Source of the DNA: Pelagomonas calceolata | Lineage: Eukaryota | Reading direction: 5' to 3' | Assembly: GCA_918797485.1 (NCBI GenBank) | Contig: CAKKNE010000006.1 | Coordinates: 2,480,001 to 2,544,000, forward strand | DNA: 64,000 bases | Shown: in pieces, positions 40,805 to 50,504 of the stretch | How positions within the stretch are numbered: the first letter of the stretch is position 1 | How the letters are laid out: each line of letters starts with the position of its first letter | The notes under the pieces: model-generated | Seen by the model: the letters and a program-made list of their open reading frames with translations, nothing else | Databases searched by the model: none | Told to the model about the DNA's origin: nothing | Program-made: the position numbers and the translations under genes

Positions 40805-41560
40805 ATGCTCCTCACAAACTGCGCCGCCTGCGCCGCCCCACTGGCCCTCAACGCGCCGCGATGCGTGCGCTGTCGCACAAGATACTGCAATTCCACTTGC
40901 CAACATGACCACTGGCGCCGCGGCCACAAGCAGATCTGCAAGAAAATACACCGCGGCGGCAACGCGGAACAATACCACGCGAACAAAAAATACAAGGAGG
41001 CCCTCGCCGTCGTGGTCGAGGCGTGCGCCGGGGACGCGAAGGGGCAGACTTGCTACATCTGTCTCGAGGCCGTCCATCCGAGCACGGGAGAAGGCCTCGT
41101 GCGCGGATGTGGGTGCCAGGGAGACCAGGGCTTCGCGCATGTGTCGTGTCTGGTGCGGCAGGATGAGGTTTCGCTCGAGGACAGCAAGCGCCAAGACCCA
41201 ATAGTAGGCCTAGTTGCCAAGCACAAAACCGAGGAAAGCCTGGCCGAGGGCGTTTTGGATACGCTTGAAGATCGTTACAAATCAGGGTTATCATGTAAAC
41301 TGTGCAAGAAACAGCACAACGCCATCATACTGCATGCACTCGGATGGGGACATTGGCAAAGGTGCGCAAGTAAGGCAGAGCAGCCTTTGACTGAAGACTA
41401 TACTCAAATTTCAGCGGCGCTTACGTATCTCGGGGTGTGCTTAGCCGAATCGGGTCGGATGACGGAAGCAATGAAGGTGGGCGAAGCATACCAAGCCTGG
41501 GCCGTTAAGACCACGCGAGCAAGCAGAACGGCCGCAGAAGTAATTGCAAATTTAACATAA
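40805..41560 (+). CDS. MYND zinc finger + RING-v/C4HC3 protein
   Basis: CAACAA...CVRCRTRYCNSTCQHDHWRRGHKQIC and CYICLE...GCGCQGDQGFAHVSCL...CKLC. Confidence 0.85.
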   Translation: MLLTNCAACAAPLALNAPRCVRCRTRYCNSTCQHDHWRRGHKQICKKIHRGGNAEQYHANKKYKEALAVVVEACAGDAKGQTCYICLEAVHPSTGEGLVRGCGCQGDQGFAHVSCLVRQDEVSLEDSKRQDPIVGLVAKHKTEESLAEGVLDTLEDRYKSGLSCKLCKKQHNAIILHALGWGHWQRCASKAEQPLTEDYTQISAALTYLGVCLAESGRMTEAMKVGEAYQAWAVKTTRASRTAAEVIANLT

Positions 41561-41576
41561 AATAGAGAGACTCTTC

Positions 41577-42884
41577 TTACGCCACCGCTACCCCGACCCC
41601 CGCCGCCGCGTCGTCGCACGGCGGGTCCGGCGCGCCCGGCGGCGCCTTAAATGGATCTAACGTAGCGCAGCCCGCGAGCTCGTCCACGAGCAAGGAACAC
41701 TGCTCGTAGCCGACCCTCATCAAAAAGGACGAGTTCCGTCCATAGCTCTTCATGCCCAATATATAAAACCGCGGCTCGGGGTTGCGCAGCGTGGCAGCGC
41801 CGGGCGCCGCCTGCTTGAGGCAGTCGCCGCCGCCGCCGCCCGCCGCCGCCGCGAGGAGCGTCGCCGCGAGCTTCATCGGGCCGTCACTCGCGTAACACTG
41901 GTGCACGTGCAGCTCGCGATACAGGTCCGCATTCGGCCGATAACCCGTCAAGGAGACGAGGTGGTCCACTTCTACAATTGTGGAGTCCGTGAGCGTCAGC
42001 TTGAGGGCGTTCCGCACGACGTCGATTCTCTGAATGCGGGCGCCTCGCACACATTCTAATGAGCCGCTCGTGCCTAAACTCGCCAGGCCGTTGCCGTAGG
42101 CCGCTAACGCGTCTCTTTGAGGCAAGGGGTCGCCCTCGACGCGCTGGTAGGGCGCTTCGCTCTTGGCCTTGCGCACGAGCCAGACGGTCTCCACGTTTTC
42201 GTCCGCGAGCTTCCTTATTGTGGTAATGGCCGAGAAGCCGCCACCTAACACAGCGACGCGCTTGCCCTTGAAGGAACCAGGAGATGGAATGACGCGCGAC
42301 ACCAAACCAAGAGCCTCCGCCTTCGCCTCGCCCGGCGCACTCAACCCACCAGAACCGGATCTTTGCGCCGTTTCGGGTGCGTATGTGCCGCTGCAGTCGA
42401 CGACCGCCATCGCCTCCTCCCAGGCCTCGTCGTCATTCCGTCGCAGGAGCGCGCGGAAGGGAAGCGTCTCCCTACGTGAATCTCCGACGGCACCGATGCC
42501 CTCCTTCTTCAGGAGGTGGCCTCGAGCTAACCCGACCACACTACAATGTTCTTGAATCGTACAGCGGCCCGTCGCTTCCAAATACGAGGCGAGAGGTAAT
42601 AAAACGTCCCTGCGAAACTCGTGGCCCGTCAAAAAAGCGTCTTCAGAGGGCACGCAGCGCGGCGGCGCGCCCTCCAGACCCGTCTCCAGCGCTTTTCTAC
42701 AATCGTCGGGCAGGTTCAAGGCCATCGCGGAGAAGAGCGTCACGTGGCCCCACTGCTCGACGTTCGCGCCGATAGAGCCCTTCTCCCAGATCACGACTCT
42801 ATGACCAGCTTTTACAAGGCGGAAGGCGGCATACAAGCCGATGGGGCCGGCGCCGATCACGGCTACTCTGTCGGTTGCGGCCAT
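41577..42884 (-). CDS. Flavin-dependent NAD(P)H oxidoreductase/monooxygenase, bacterial ArsO-like
   Basis: VAVIGAGPIG (FAD), VVDCSGTY, VLGGGFSA (NADPH), LTGYRP, YILGMKSYGRNSSFLMRVGYEQ. Confidence 0.75.
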   Translation of the reverse strand: MAATDRVAVIGAGPIGLYAAFRLVKAGHRVVIWEKGSIGANVEQWGHVTLFSAMALNLPDDCRKALETGLEGAPPRCVPSEDAFLTGHEFRRDVLLPLASYLEATGRCTIQEHCSVVGLARGHLLKKEGIGAVGDSRRETLPFRALLRRNDDEAWEEAMAVVDCSGTYAPETAQRSGSGGLSAPGEAKAEALGLVSRVIPSPGSFKGKRVAVLGGGFSAITTIRKLADENVETVWLVRKAKSEAPYQRVEGDPLPQRDALAAYGNGLASLGTSGSLECVRGARIQRIDVVRNALKLTLTDSTIVEVDHLVSLTGYRPNADLYRELHVHQCYASDGPMKLAATLLAAAAGGGGGDCLKQAAPGAATLRNPEPRFYILGMKSYGRNSSFLMRVGYEQCSLLVDELAGCATLDPFKAPPGAPDPPCDDAAAGVGVAVA

Positions 42885-43067
42885 TCTCCGCCGTCTAATG
42901 CTGGTGGCTGTGAGGCAGTGCTTGTGTTGCGGCGTCTGGCGTCTGCCAGACGCTGAAATTGGGCGCAGAGCTCGAGAGTGGTCAGATGACGACTTGTGTA
43001 CTGGTAATACGGCCCAGCGATGCGTATCGATGCCGCCACGCGCTCGCGGCCGCACCCAGCCTGTTTG

Positions 43068-43090
43068 CTAGTGTCTTACAGGCCGCTAGC
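43068..43090 (+). promoter_or_regulatory. CTAG-bipartite intergenic motif, copy 8
   Basis: CTAGTGTCTTACAGGCCGCTAGC, about 185 bp upstream of the flavoprotein ATG. Confidence 0.7.
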
Positions 43091-43110
43091 ATAGGTGTAT
43101 CTTACATTTC

Positions 43111-43818
43111 TTAGATCTCAATGTCACCATCTATCACGTTGTTTTCAACTACGTGGTCGGGTGAGCGAGGATCGTAGTCCGGTTTCATCGTGACGCGTGG
43201 CGGCGACTCGAGCAACGCAGTCATCCGCTGAACGAACCTCTCCTGCGCCGCGAAGGCGTCGACATGCTGAGAGAATGGCGGCAGCTGGTGCGGGGAGAAG
43301 TCTAAGAAGAATACGTCCGAGGGGATGACCTCGTACATGTTTTCCGACGATGGGTCGAACATGTGTATAATTTGTCTGGTCACCTTGTTCCGTTCCTCAC
43401 GTGTGCAGATTTTTCGGATTGCGAACTCTGCGGAGAAGGTGAAAGCTTCGATCGCTTGCCTCGTGGTGGCGAATCTAGTCTGCGCGCGGGGCGTCTCGAC
43501 GACGTAGCATGGATCGCCGCCCGTCCGCCGCTCCCGGAAGATACGCACGCAGGTCCTTCTTCCTTGATGGGGTTGCGGGGTGTTCAGTGAACCCAAAATA
43601 TAGACTCCGAAGATCGCGTCGGGCCGCAGCTGATCCATCTCCCTTGCTTGGCGCAGGATCTCGCCGCCCAGCGCTTGCGTGAAGGCGCAGGCCGAGCTGT
43701 CGCGCTGCTTGCGCTTGGGTCGGCTCATCGTCACGTTGTTTGGGCAGCGTTTGCACTGACGCGTCGATATCACAGAGAGCATACGGGTTTTCTGCGGATC
43801 GCCGCCCCAAGACGCCAT
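43111..43818 (-). CDS. Hypothetical protein (start may be 43728, MSRPKRKQ)
   Basis: 235-codon ORF of normal complexity; no motif recognised. Confidence 0.5.
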   Translation of the reverse strand: MASWGGDPQKTRMLSVISTRQCKRCPNNVTMSRPKRKQRDSSACAFTQALGGEILRQAREMDQLRPDAIFGVYILGSLNTPQPHQGRRTCVRIFRERRTGGDPCYVVETPRAQTRFATTRQAIEAFTFSAEFAIRKICTREERNKVTRQIIHMFDPSSENMYEVIPSDVFFLDFSPHQLPPFSQHVDAFAAQERFVQRMTALLESPPRVTMKPDYDPRSPDHVVENNVIDGDIEI

Positions 43819-43917
43819 CGCCGCGGAGAACTATGGATTCGACGAATTTAGTGGGGGGGTCGAGGATGGTCTCCCCGCCGCGCTTCTTGCGGGGCGGGGG
43901 TGGGGGGCTAAAAACAA

Positions 43918-45108
43918 TCAGACGGAGTTCACCTGGCGCAGCAGGTCCTGGAACCAGTCGACCCGCACGTCGAAGGCCTTGCCGCCCTTGATGCGCGGGA
44001 ACTCGATGGCCCGCAGCGAATCACCTCGTTCTTCGTCCTGACCAATACAACCGGAGTTGCCCTTGATGCCGCACTCGACGGCGAGCGTCGCGCAGGCGTT
44101 GATCAGGGCCCGGTCGGCCACGTTCGCCGGGGCCGCTCTCGCCATGTAGCCCGACTTCTGGACCAACACTTTCTCCGCACCGAGCTTCTCCGCAAATTGT
44201 TTGGCAAAATAAGCCCCAGGTTGGACTTTATCGAGCTTCACGTGACCGAACGCGTCCCTAGGTACGGATTCGCCCCGCGCTTCGAGCTGCGCGACGATAT
44301 CATGCACGCCCGCACCTTCCGACAAAAAGATGTTCACGCAGTCGTGCGTGTCCATGACCCTCTTGAGTCGACGAGCCTCGGCGTCGACGTCGATGCGCAC
44401 TTCCGGCACGTAGACGGCATGGAGGCATTTTCTTTGTTTGGTGAGATTCAACCCAGGTAATAGAGGTAAGCCGTGCAACGAGTCCATGTAGGCCTTCGCC
44501 GTCGCCGCCGTCAAGTAGCCACAGTCCCGCCCCATGCACTCGTGGATGATCAACATGCGCGGGTTCGCGGACTGCTCGTTCACGACGTTCGCGAAGAACT
44601 TCGCGCCCTCCTCGGCCGCCGTCCACGCGCCGAGAGACTGCTTGATGGGCACGACGTCGTTGTCGATCGTCTTCGGCATGCCGACGACCGTCACGGGGTA
44701 GTTGTGGCCCTCGAGGTACTCGGCGATCTTGGCCGCCTGCGTGTTCGTGTCGTCGCCGCCGATGGTGTGGAGGATCGTGACCTGGTCCATCATCAGCTGC
44801 TCGGCCGCGCGGTGTAAGGGGTTTTCTCCCTCCACCACCAGGCCGCGCTTGACGCAATCTTCGACATTGGTCAGTTTCACTCTAGAGTTGCCGATCGGGC
44901 TTCCTCCGTGGAGTTGTAATACTGACGCGTTTTCTCGGACGGCGTCCGTGACCTTGACGTGCTCACCCGACAGCAACCCTTTGTAGCCCGAGATGTAGCA
45001 AATAATCTCGATGGAGGGGTTTCTAGCTGTGTACTTCTCGATCAGAAAGCCGACCGAGGACGAGAGGCACGGCGCGAGGCCGCCGGCCGTGAGGATGGCG
45101 ACTTTCGC
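43918..45108 (-). CDS. pfp: Pyrophosphate-dependent phosphofructokinase (Propionibacterium-type); first exon not resolved
   Basis: The frame extends upstream of the ORF-track start: AKVAILTAGGLAPCLSSSVG...YKGLL, TIGGDDT (PPi-type Asp), MPKTIDND, ECMGR, QKSGY. A TAG acceptor lies at 45109. Confidence 0.92.
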   Translation of the reverse strand, partial: AKVAILTAGGLAPCLSSSVGFLIEKYTARNPSIEIICYISGYKGLLSGEHVKVTDAVRENASVLQLHGGSPIGNSRVKLTNVEDCVKRGLVVEGENPLHRAAEQLMMDQVTILHTIGGDDTNTQAAKIAEYLEGHNYPVTVVGMPKTIDNDVVPIKQSLGAWTAAEEGAKFFANVVNEQSANPRMLIIHECMGRDCGYLTAATAKAYMDSLHGLPLLPGLNLTKQRKCLHAVYVPEVRIDVDAEARRLKRVMDTHDCVNIFLSEGAGVHDIVAQLEARGESVPRDAFGHVKLDKVQPGAYFAKQFAEKLGAEKVLVQKSGYMARAAPANVADRALINACATLAVECGIKGNSGCIGQDEERGDSLRAIEFPRIKGGKAFDVRVDWFQDLLRQVNSV

Positions 45109-45838
45109 CTACGGAATGCATAGTTTTGGTTCGTTTCGCGCGCGAGGGGGTGTGGGGTAGCGTGTGTGTGGTAGGTGTGCGGCGCGTCCGCGGCGGCGGC
45201 GTGGGCGGGCCGCGATGGCGCAGATCTAACCGCGCATCTGCCGGCCTTCCGCCGTGCGCACAACAAGTGAATGCGCCGTCCGTCGCACGCGCTCACGGCT
45301 GCCAGCAGCGCTGGAACGTGCAACGGGGCCGCGCGAGCTTTGCCACTGACGCGCAGCGGCCGCGGTTAGGCATGATTTCCGCCGTCTCCTTAGTATCGCT
45401 CGACATTCGGCCGCGGCAGCACGAAGCAACTGGCCGCGAAGCCAGCGCTGCGCGAGGGAGCTATAGAAGGGTTTCTTACCTGTTTCGGTGGTTTGTGATA
45501 CTCAGTCATGGTGCCCTCGACCTGTTTGCAGGGTCTGCGGCAAAGCAAGGAAGATCAAATCGGGTTCTTTTTTCGGACGCTTAACACGTCTGAATTCGAC
45601 TGCTCGAATGCTCTTCGACCGCAGACTCGCGTCAAGGGTACAGGCCGCGCTTCGAAGAAAAAAAAGAGCTGCAAAACGGGTTTCTCACGCAATTTTGGCC
45701 TGAAAGTTGCCAGTTAGCAAGTTCCAGGCAGCCAGAAGCTAGGATAAGCATCCCAGGCCTGCCACCTAAGCGCTGCAGAAAGATAGAGAAAGGCGAAAGA
45801 CCGGAGGGCTGTCAACCCAGACAGCACTAAAAGAGAGT

Positions 45839-47530
45839 ATGGTGCGAGTCACCTTCCACAAGCTGCAAACGACAAAGAGCCCCCCGGGCCGCTGCTCCCA
45901 CTCGGCCACAGCCGTAGACAACGGCGTACTAATACTAGGAGGCGGCCGCGCGAACGACGGCTCGTCGAACGGCCAGCCCGCGTTCGTCCACTTTTGCGAC
46001 GCCTGGTTCCTGGACCCGCAGGACGCGCAGTGGCGCGAACTGACGATCGAGAGCCCATTTACCGCGCGGCGGGGCCACTCCGCCTTGCTGCACGAGCGAC
46101 AACTGATAGTCTTCGGCGGCGTCGCCGACAGCGGCGCGGGCGGCCCCGTGGAGCGATTGATAGAGGGCGACCAGCAGCTCGTTGTTTTTGATGTGGACCG
46201 AGACGTGACACGGCTCTCGCGCACAATGATGGAAACGACGGGCGCGCCGCCGCGGCCGCGACGGGCCCACGCCGCCTGGCTCTCGGGCCATACGATGCTC
46301 GTGTACGGGGGCTTCATGCAGACGCTCCAGGAAATACAGGAGGGCGTGCTCGACGCCATCGACGCGGCGTCGGCGCTCCACGCCTTGGACCTGGCGACGT
46401 GGACGTGGTCGCGCGTCGACGCGCGGCCGCCGATGCGACCGCCCGCGGCCGTGGGAGGCCGAGACGCGTCGGAGGAGTGGGCGCGCCGAGCCTCGCGCGG
46501 CGTCGCCCTCGCGGGGTGCTGCTCCCTCAGAGGTATTTCTGTGCTTGTTGGTGGTGTTAGTTCTACGGTCGGAGTCGGCGGCGGCGTGCTCGGCTATTCC
46601 GCGGGGCAGTGGACCAATTTTAGGGACGCCGGGTCGAGGCGCCACCTCGTCCCTGTCGACGGAGAGGCTTGGACGCCGCGCTGCTCGCCGGCCTGTGCGG
46701 CGTACGGTGACCGCTTCGTGGTGCTCTTCGGCGGGTCGGCGGTGCCGCAGGACATTAACGACGCCGCCCGGGACCTGAACGACGTTGTTGTGTTCGACGT
46801 CGCCGCCCCGCGGGCACCGGCCTGGCGGGCCGCGAACAAGGAATCCCTTCAGGTGACCGGCATTGGCGGGCATCCAGAGGGCCTGCTAACGATCGAGCGC
46901 TGCAACGCCACGGGCGCGGTGGTGGAGACGTTGCATACATTTGAACTGCTAACGGTCGCGCGGGCCACGTTTGATCAACTGAGCGAGACCGGAATGACGA
47001 CTGCCGGCTGGCTCGAGCTGCGTCACGGGCCGGATGTCCTGAAGACGACGGAGTGGCGCGTCCGGACGCCTACGCCATTCGAACGGAACGCCGCGTCGCT
47101 GACATCTATCAAAACTGTGGGCGGCGAGGAGGCGCTTGTGTTGTTTGGTGGAGGCGTCTATCCGGACAGGTATTACGACGACACGCACATTTTACATTTG
47201 GAGGACTTGCCGGCCGCGTCGGCAGCGCCGGCGCGACCCCCGCCGCCGTTGGCGAATCTGTGTCAGACCGCTGTTGCTGGGGAAATTACTGACGACAACG
47301 TGTTCGAAATGCTGATGTTCGCCGACGACCGCCAGTTGGCCGACCTGCGCACGGCTTGTTTGAAACATGTCCAGCTGCGCTGGAGTTCGAACCTTCGTCA
47401 CTGGTGGCACAATGCGCACAACGCGTCGCCCTTCCCTGGCAAGCGACCAGCAGGCGTACCAGGCGCCGACGCCGCGTTGCAGGCCCCGTCCCTCAAAAGC
47501 GACGTCGAACGCGCGCTCCGGGGCATCTGA
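45839..47530 (+). CDS. Kelch-repeat protein with a C-terminal BACK-like region
   Basis: PPGRCSHSA...LILGG, ARRGHSA...LIVFGG, LVYGG, VLFGG repeats; LCQ...ITDDNVFEML...LRTACL. Confidence 0.85.
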   Translation: MVRVTFHKLQTTKSPPGRCSHSATAVDNGVLILGGGRANDGSSNGQPAFVHFCDAWFLDPQDAQWRELTIESPFTARRGHSALLHERQLIVFGGVADSGAGGPVERLIEGDQQLVVFDVDRDVTRLSRTMMETTGAPPRPRRAHAAWLSGHTMLVYGGFMQTLQEIQEGVLDAIDAASALHALDLATWTWSRVDARPPMRPPAAVGGRDASEEWARRASRGVALAGCCSLRGISVLVGGVSSTVGVGGGVLGYSAGQWTNFRDAGSRRHLVPVDGEAWTPRCSPACAAYGDRFVVLFGGSAVPQDINDAARDLNDVVVFDVAAPRAPAWRAANKESLQVTGIGGHPEGLLTIERCNATGAVVETLHTFELLTVARATFDQLSETGMTTAGWLELRHGPDVLKTTEWRVRTPTPFERNAASLTSIKTVGGEEALVLFGGGVYPDRYYDDTHILHLEDLPAASAAPARPPPPLANLCQTAVAGEITDDNVFEMLMFADDRQLADLRTACLKHVQLRWSSNLRHWWHNAHNASPFPGKRPAGVPGADAALQAPSLKSDVERALRGI

Positions 47531-47565
47531 TGTTTGTGTGTTCAAGTTCCTAATTTTACATGTAT

Positions 47566-50058
47566 TTAAGATAGATTCGAAAGCAGCGTCGCGACCCCAT
47601 AACTAGCCGCGTCGACGCCGCCGCGGAGGCGCTCGAGCATGCCGTCGGGCCGCAGGTGGTCCGCGGCCAGATCGTCGACGACCTTCCGGATCGACACGCC
47701 CAGGTCGTCGCGCGACCGCCAGGCCTCGACCGTCGCCGCGCAGGCCTCGAAGCGCGGCCCAAGCTTCGCCCGCACGACGGCACACACCGCGTCGTCATCA
47801 AATATTTCCAGCAGCGCGGCGGCCTGGTCCGCCGGCACGAACGGTTTGGCCCGCGTCTCCGCGTCGAAGGCCGCGTTGTCCGCGAGGACATCATTAATGA
47901 AATGCTCCTCCGGCTCGACGATCTCGCGCTCCGCCGGCGTCAGCCAGACGTCGCGCCAGGCCAGGCCATACAACGCGAGCTGCCCGCGCGACGCCTCCTC
48001 GTACCCCGCGTCCCATTTCCTATGAATCTTCGACGGTAATACAGGAGGCATGCGGTAGAAGGCCGGCGGCGCGAGGCACTTGATTGGTAAGTTCGCCTTC
48101 CGCGCGACGCGCTGCATGAGCTTGTCGATCGGGACGACGTCGCAGTCCCGCCTTCTACAATGGAATAAGGACTTGGGGAAGCCGTCTCTGATATATGCGA
48201 GGATCTTCTGATAGAGTACCAAAGAGGGCCGGTAGGCGTAGGTGCCCCAGAGCTCATGATTCTGTCCGTCCGTCGTTAGTTCAGGGGCGTCGCTCAATCC
48301 TCGCGGGATGCGTTGTAGCGTGTCCGCGTGTGCGAGATGGCCCAGATAGAGTAAATCACAGGCGTCGTCCAAAACTTTCAGGACGCTTTGCGAAGCGCCC
48401 TCCAATAATGGTCTGACGTTGTCCTCGACGATTAAGGCATCTCGTCGTTCTTGGACCACGCGCATCGCCCGCAGATTCGCCAGCAAGCACCCGAGCACCC
48501 TCCGATTCGCCGGTCGCGCCAGCCCCGCGCAGCGCCCGAACTCCTCCCGTTGCGCGTCGTCGAGCCGCAGATCATCCAACACGTCGCCACAATGCTGCTC
48601 CGTGCGCTTGCGCGTGCGGCAGGCCTCGCCGGGCACGGCCTCGACGAATTCCAGAATGAAGCCCGCGACCGGCCCCGGTGTTCCATCCCCAAAAGCCTTG
48701 CGCGAGATCGCCGCGTCCCAGACGGTCGGTCGTCTTTCAAACGCCGCGAGTAAGGCGTGCTTCCGCGGGCCGCCGCTCGTGATGGCGACGAGGCGCACCT
48801 CCCGTGTTGTAGGTGGTGACGGCGGCGGCGTCGGGGGCTCGTCAGCCGCAGCCGGCGCGCCCGTGCCGTCGTCGGCGTCCGGCGCCGACGGCGCGCCCAC
48901 GCTTTGCGAGGTAAAGTCGACCGCCTCAACGCTAGGACAGGTGCCGAGCAGAGCGGGCCTCTTCCACCGCCTTCGGCGAGACTGGCGGTCCAGCAGCGCC
49001 GAGGCGAACCGCGCGAACCGCCCGCCGCGCGCGACCACGCGCCGTAGGCCCTCGTTCAGCTCCGCATGACTCTCAAGAGTGGGAGGCAGGTACGGCAGCG
49101 TCGGCAGCTTCATCAATGCGAGCTTGCGGTTCAGCGCCGCCAGATCGGCTTTGAAGTCCAAGTCGTGCCCCGTTCCGTCGTCAGCGTCCGGCGCCGGCGG
49201 CGCGCCGCCCGCGCGCGGCGACGGCTCGTAGCGCTTCGGTACGGCGTCGGGGGCCGGCGGGCAGCCACCTTCCGTCATCGACGCCAGCTCGTAGCGCGGG
49301 GCGCGGCGGCCCCGCGCGTCCAGCACGTAAGACACCAGCAGCCAGGCCGCCGTGACGAAAGCGACCGCGTTCGCTAGATAGGCGAGGTAGGCCCCAGGCA
49401 TGCACGTCGGCTCGACGCCGCGGTGCACCGCGCCGCCCTCCGCGGGTTCGCGGTAGGCCACGAGCACGACGGCCGCGAGCGCGACCGCCGCGCCCGCGTA
49501 GACGGCGTCGAGCGAGCTCTGCCGGAAGTCCGCCTTCTTCTCCGACGCGAGGAGGTAGGCTCCTGTCAACAAGCAGCAGCCGATCGCGACGTGCGCGACG
49601 ACGGCTCTCGACGCCCGTTGTGGGTGGCCCACGAACACCAAAGCGACGACGGCCAGGTTGGCGAACCACGCGTCGTGGGTCCTCGCCAGGCGCTCGCCTG
49701 GGCGCGCCCGCGCAAACAGGAGCTCCTGGAGGCCCGCGGCGAGCAAGCAGCGGCCGATCGCGGTGTGCTGGCGCTGGACCAAGTCTCGCCGCGCGAAGTC
49801 CGGCGTGCTGAGGAGCTGGACCCAGGCGATGAGGTAGAGTCCTGCTGCAGCCGAGAGCGCGCCCGCGGCGGCGTAGCACTGCTTCTTGCCGAAGCGCTCG
49901 GGCAAGACAATGAACGCCCCCCAGACGACGCATATGCATGCGAGCGCTATTCCCAGAACGGTGTGCGCCGTCTGCGACGCCTTGCCGTACATCTCCGGCG
50001 TGAGGTTCGAGGGCCCAGCGAAGCGCATCGGCAGCGTCGCGTTGCCGCACAAGACCAT
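47566..50058 (-). CDS. Multi-pass membrane domain fused to a glycosyltransferase-25-like domain
   Basis: About 7 hydrophobic helices with His residues. C-terminal half has GCLLANLRAM, ALIVEDNV, DLLYLG, WGTYAY and PID motifs. Confidence 0.6.
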   Translation of the reverse strand: MVLCGNATLPMRFAGPSNLTPEMYGKASQTAHTVLGIALACICVVWGAFIVLPERFGKKQCYAAAGALSAAAGLYLIAWVQLLSTPDFARRDLVQRQHTAIGRCLLAAGLQELLFARARPGERLARTHDAWFANLAVVALVFVGHPQRASRAVVAHVAIGCCLLTGAYLLASEKKADFRQSSLDAVYAGAAVALAAVVLVAYREPAEGGAVHRGVEPTCMPGAYLAYLANAVAFVTAAWLLVSYVLDARGRRAPRYELASMTEGGCPPAPDAVPKRYEPSPRAGGAPPAPDADDGTGHDLDFKADLAALNRKLALMKLPTLPYLPPTLESHAELNEGLRRVVARGGRFARFASALLDRQSRRRRWKRPALLGTCPSVEAVDFTSQSVGAPSAPDADDGTGAPAAADEPPTPPPSPPTTREVRLVAITSGGPRKHALLAAFERRPTVWDAAISRKAFGDGTPGPVAGFILEFVEAVPGEACRTRKRTEQHCGDVLDDLRLDDAQREEFGRCAGLARPANRRVLGCLLANLRAMRVVQERRDALIVEDNVRPLLEGASQSVLKVLDDACDLLYLGHLAHADTLQRIPRGLSDAPELTTDGQNHELWGTYAYRPSLVLYQKILAYIRDGFPKSLFHCRRRDCDVVPIDKLMQRVARKANLPIKCLAPPAFYRMPPVLPSKIHRKWDAGYEEASRGQLALYGLAWRDVWLTPAEREIVEPEEHFINDVLADNAAFDAETRAKPFVPADQAAALLEIFDDDAVCAVVRAKLGPRFEACAATVEAWRSRDDLGVSIRKVVDDLAADHLRPDGMLERLRGGVDAASYGVATLLSNLS

Positions 50059-50281
50059 GGATGACTGATATTGGCTGCAGGTCGAGGATTGAGCTCTGCG
50101 CGCCTTGTTTTAGCTCACTGAAATGGCTGCACCCTGAGCATGAGCAGTACGCGCTGCTAGCGCAAAAATGGACTAGGCAGGCCGACCGGCGATGGACACG
50201 AGTTGCCTGACAGCTCTTTGCTTTGCTTGGCTTGCACTTGCAGGCTAGCTTTGCAGCTTTTTGCCGGTGTGGCCTAGATTG

Positions 50282-50304
50282 CTAGTGTCTTACTAACCGC
50301 TAGG
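50282..50304 (+). promoter_or_regulatory. CTAG-bipartite intergenic motif, copy 9
   Basis: CTAGTGTCTTACTAACCGCTAGG, centred between divergent ATGs. Confidence 0.7.
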
Positions 50305-50504
50305 TGCCAATTACCCAAATCGAGCGCGTGCATCGCCTCCGCAGCGCATAGCTGAGTCGCAGACGTCTCCGAGCAGCCGCAAACGAGCCCAGACAAATCG
50401 CTGACTGGCACTCGCAAGCCTGCCCGGCGCTCGCTCCCACAACAAGCACAGCAGAGCAACACACGTAAGTGCTGCAAAACGCCGCCGCCGCGACAAGAAA
50501 CGGC

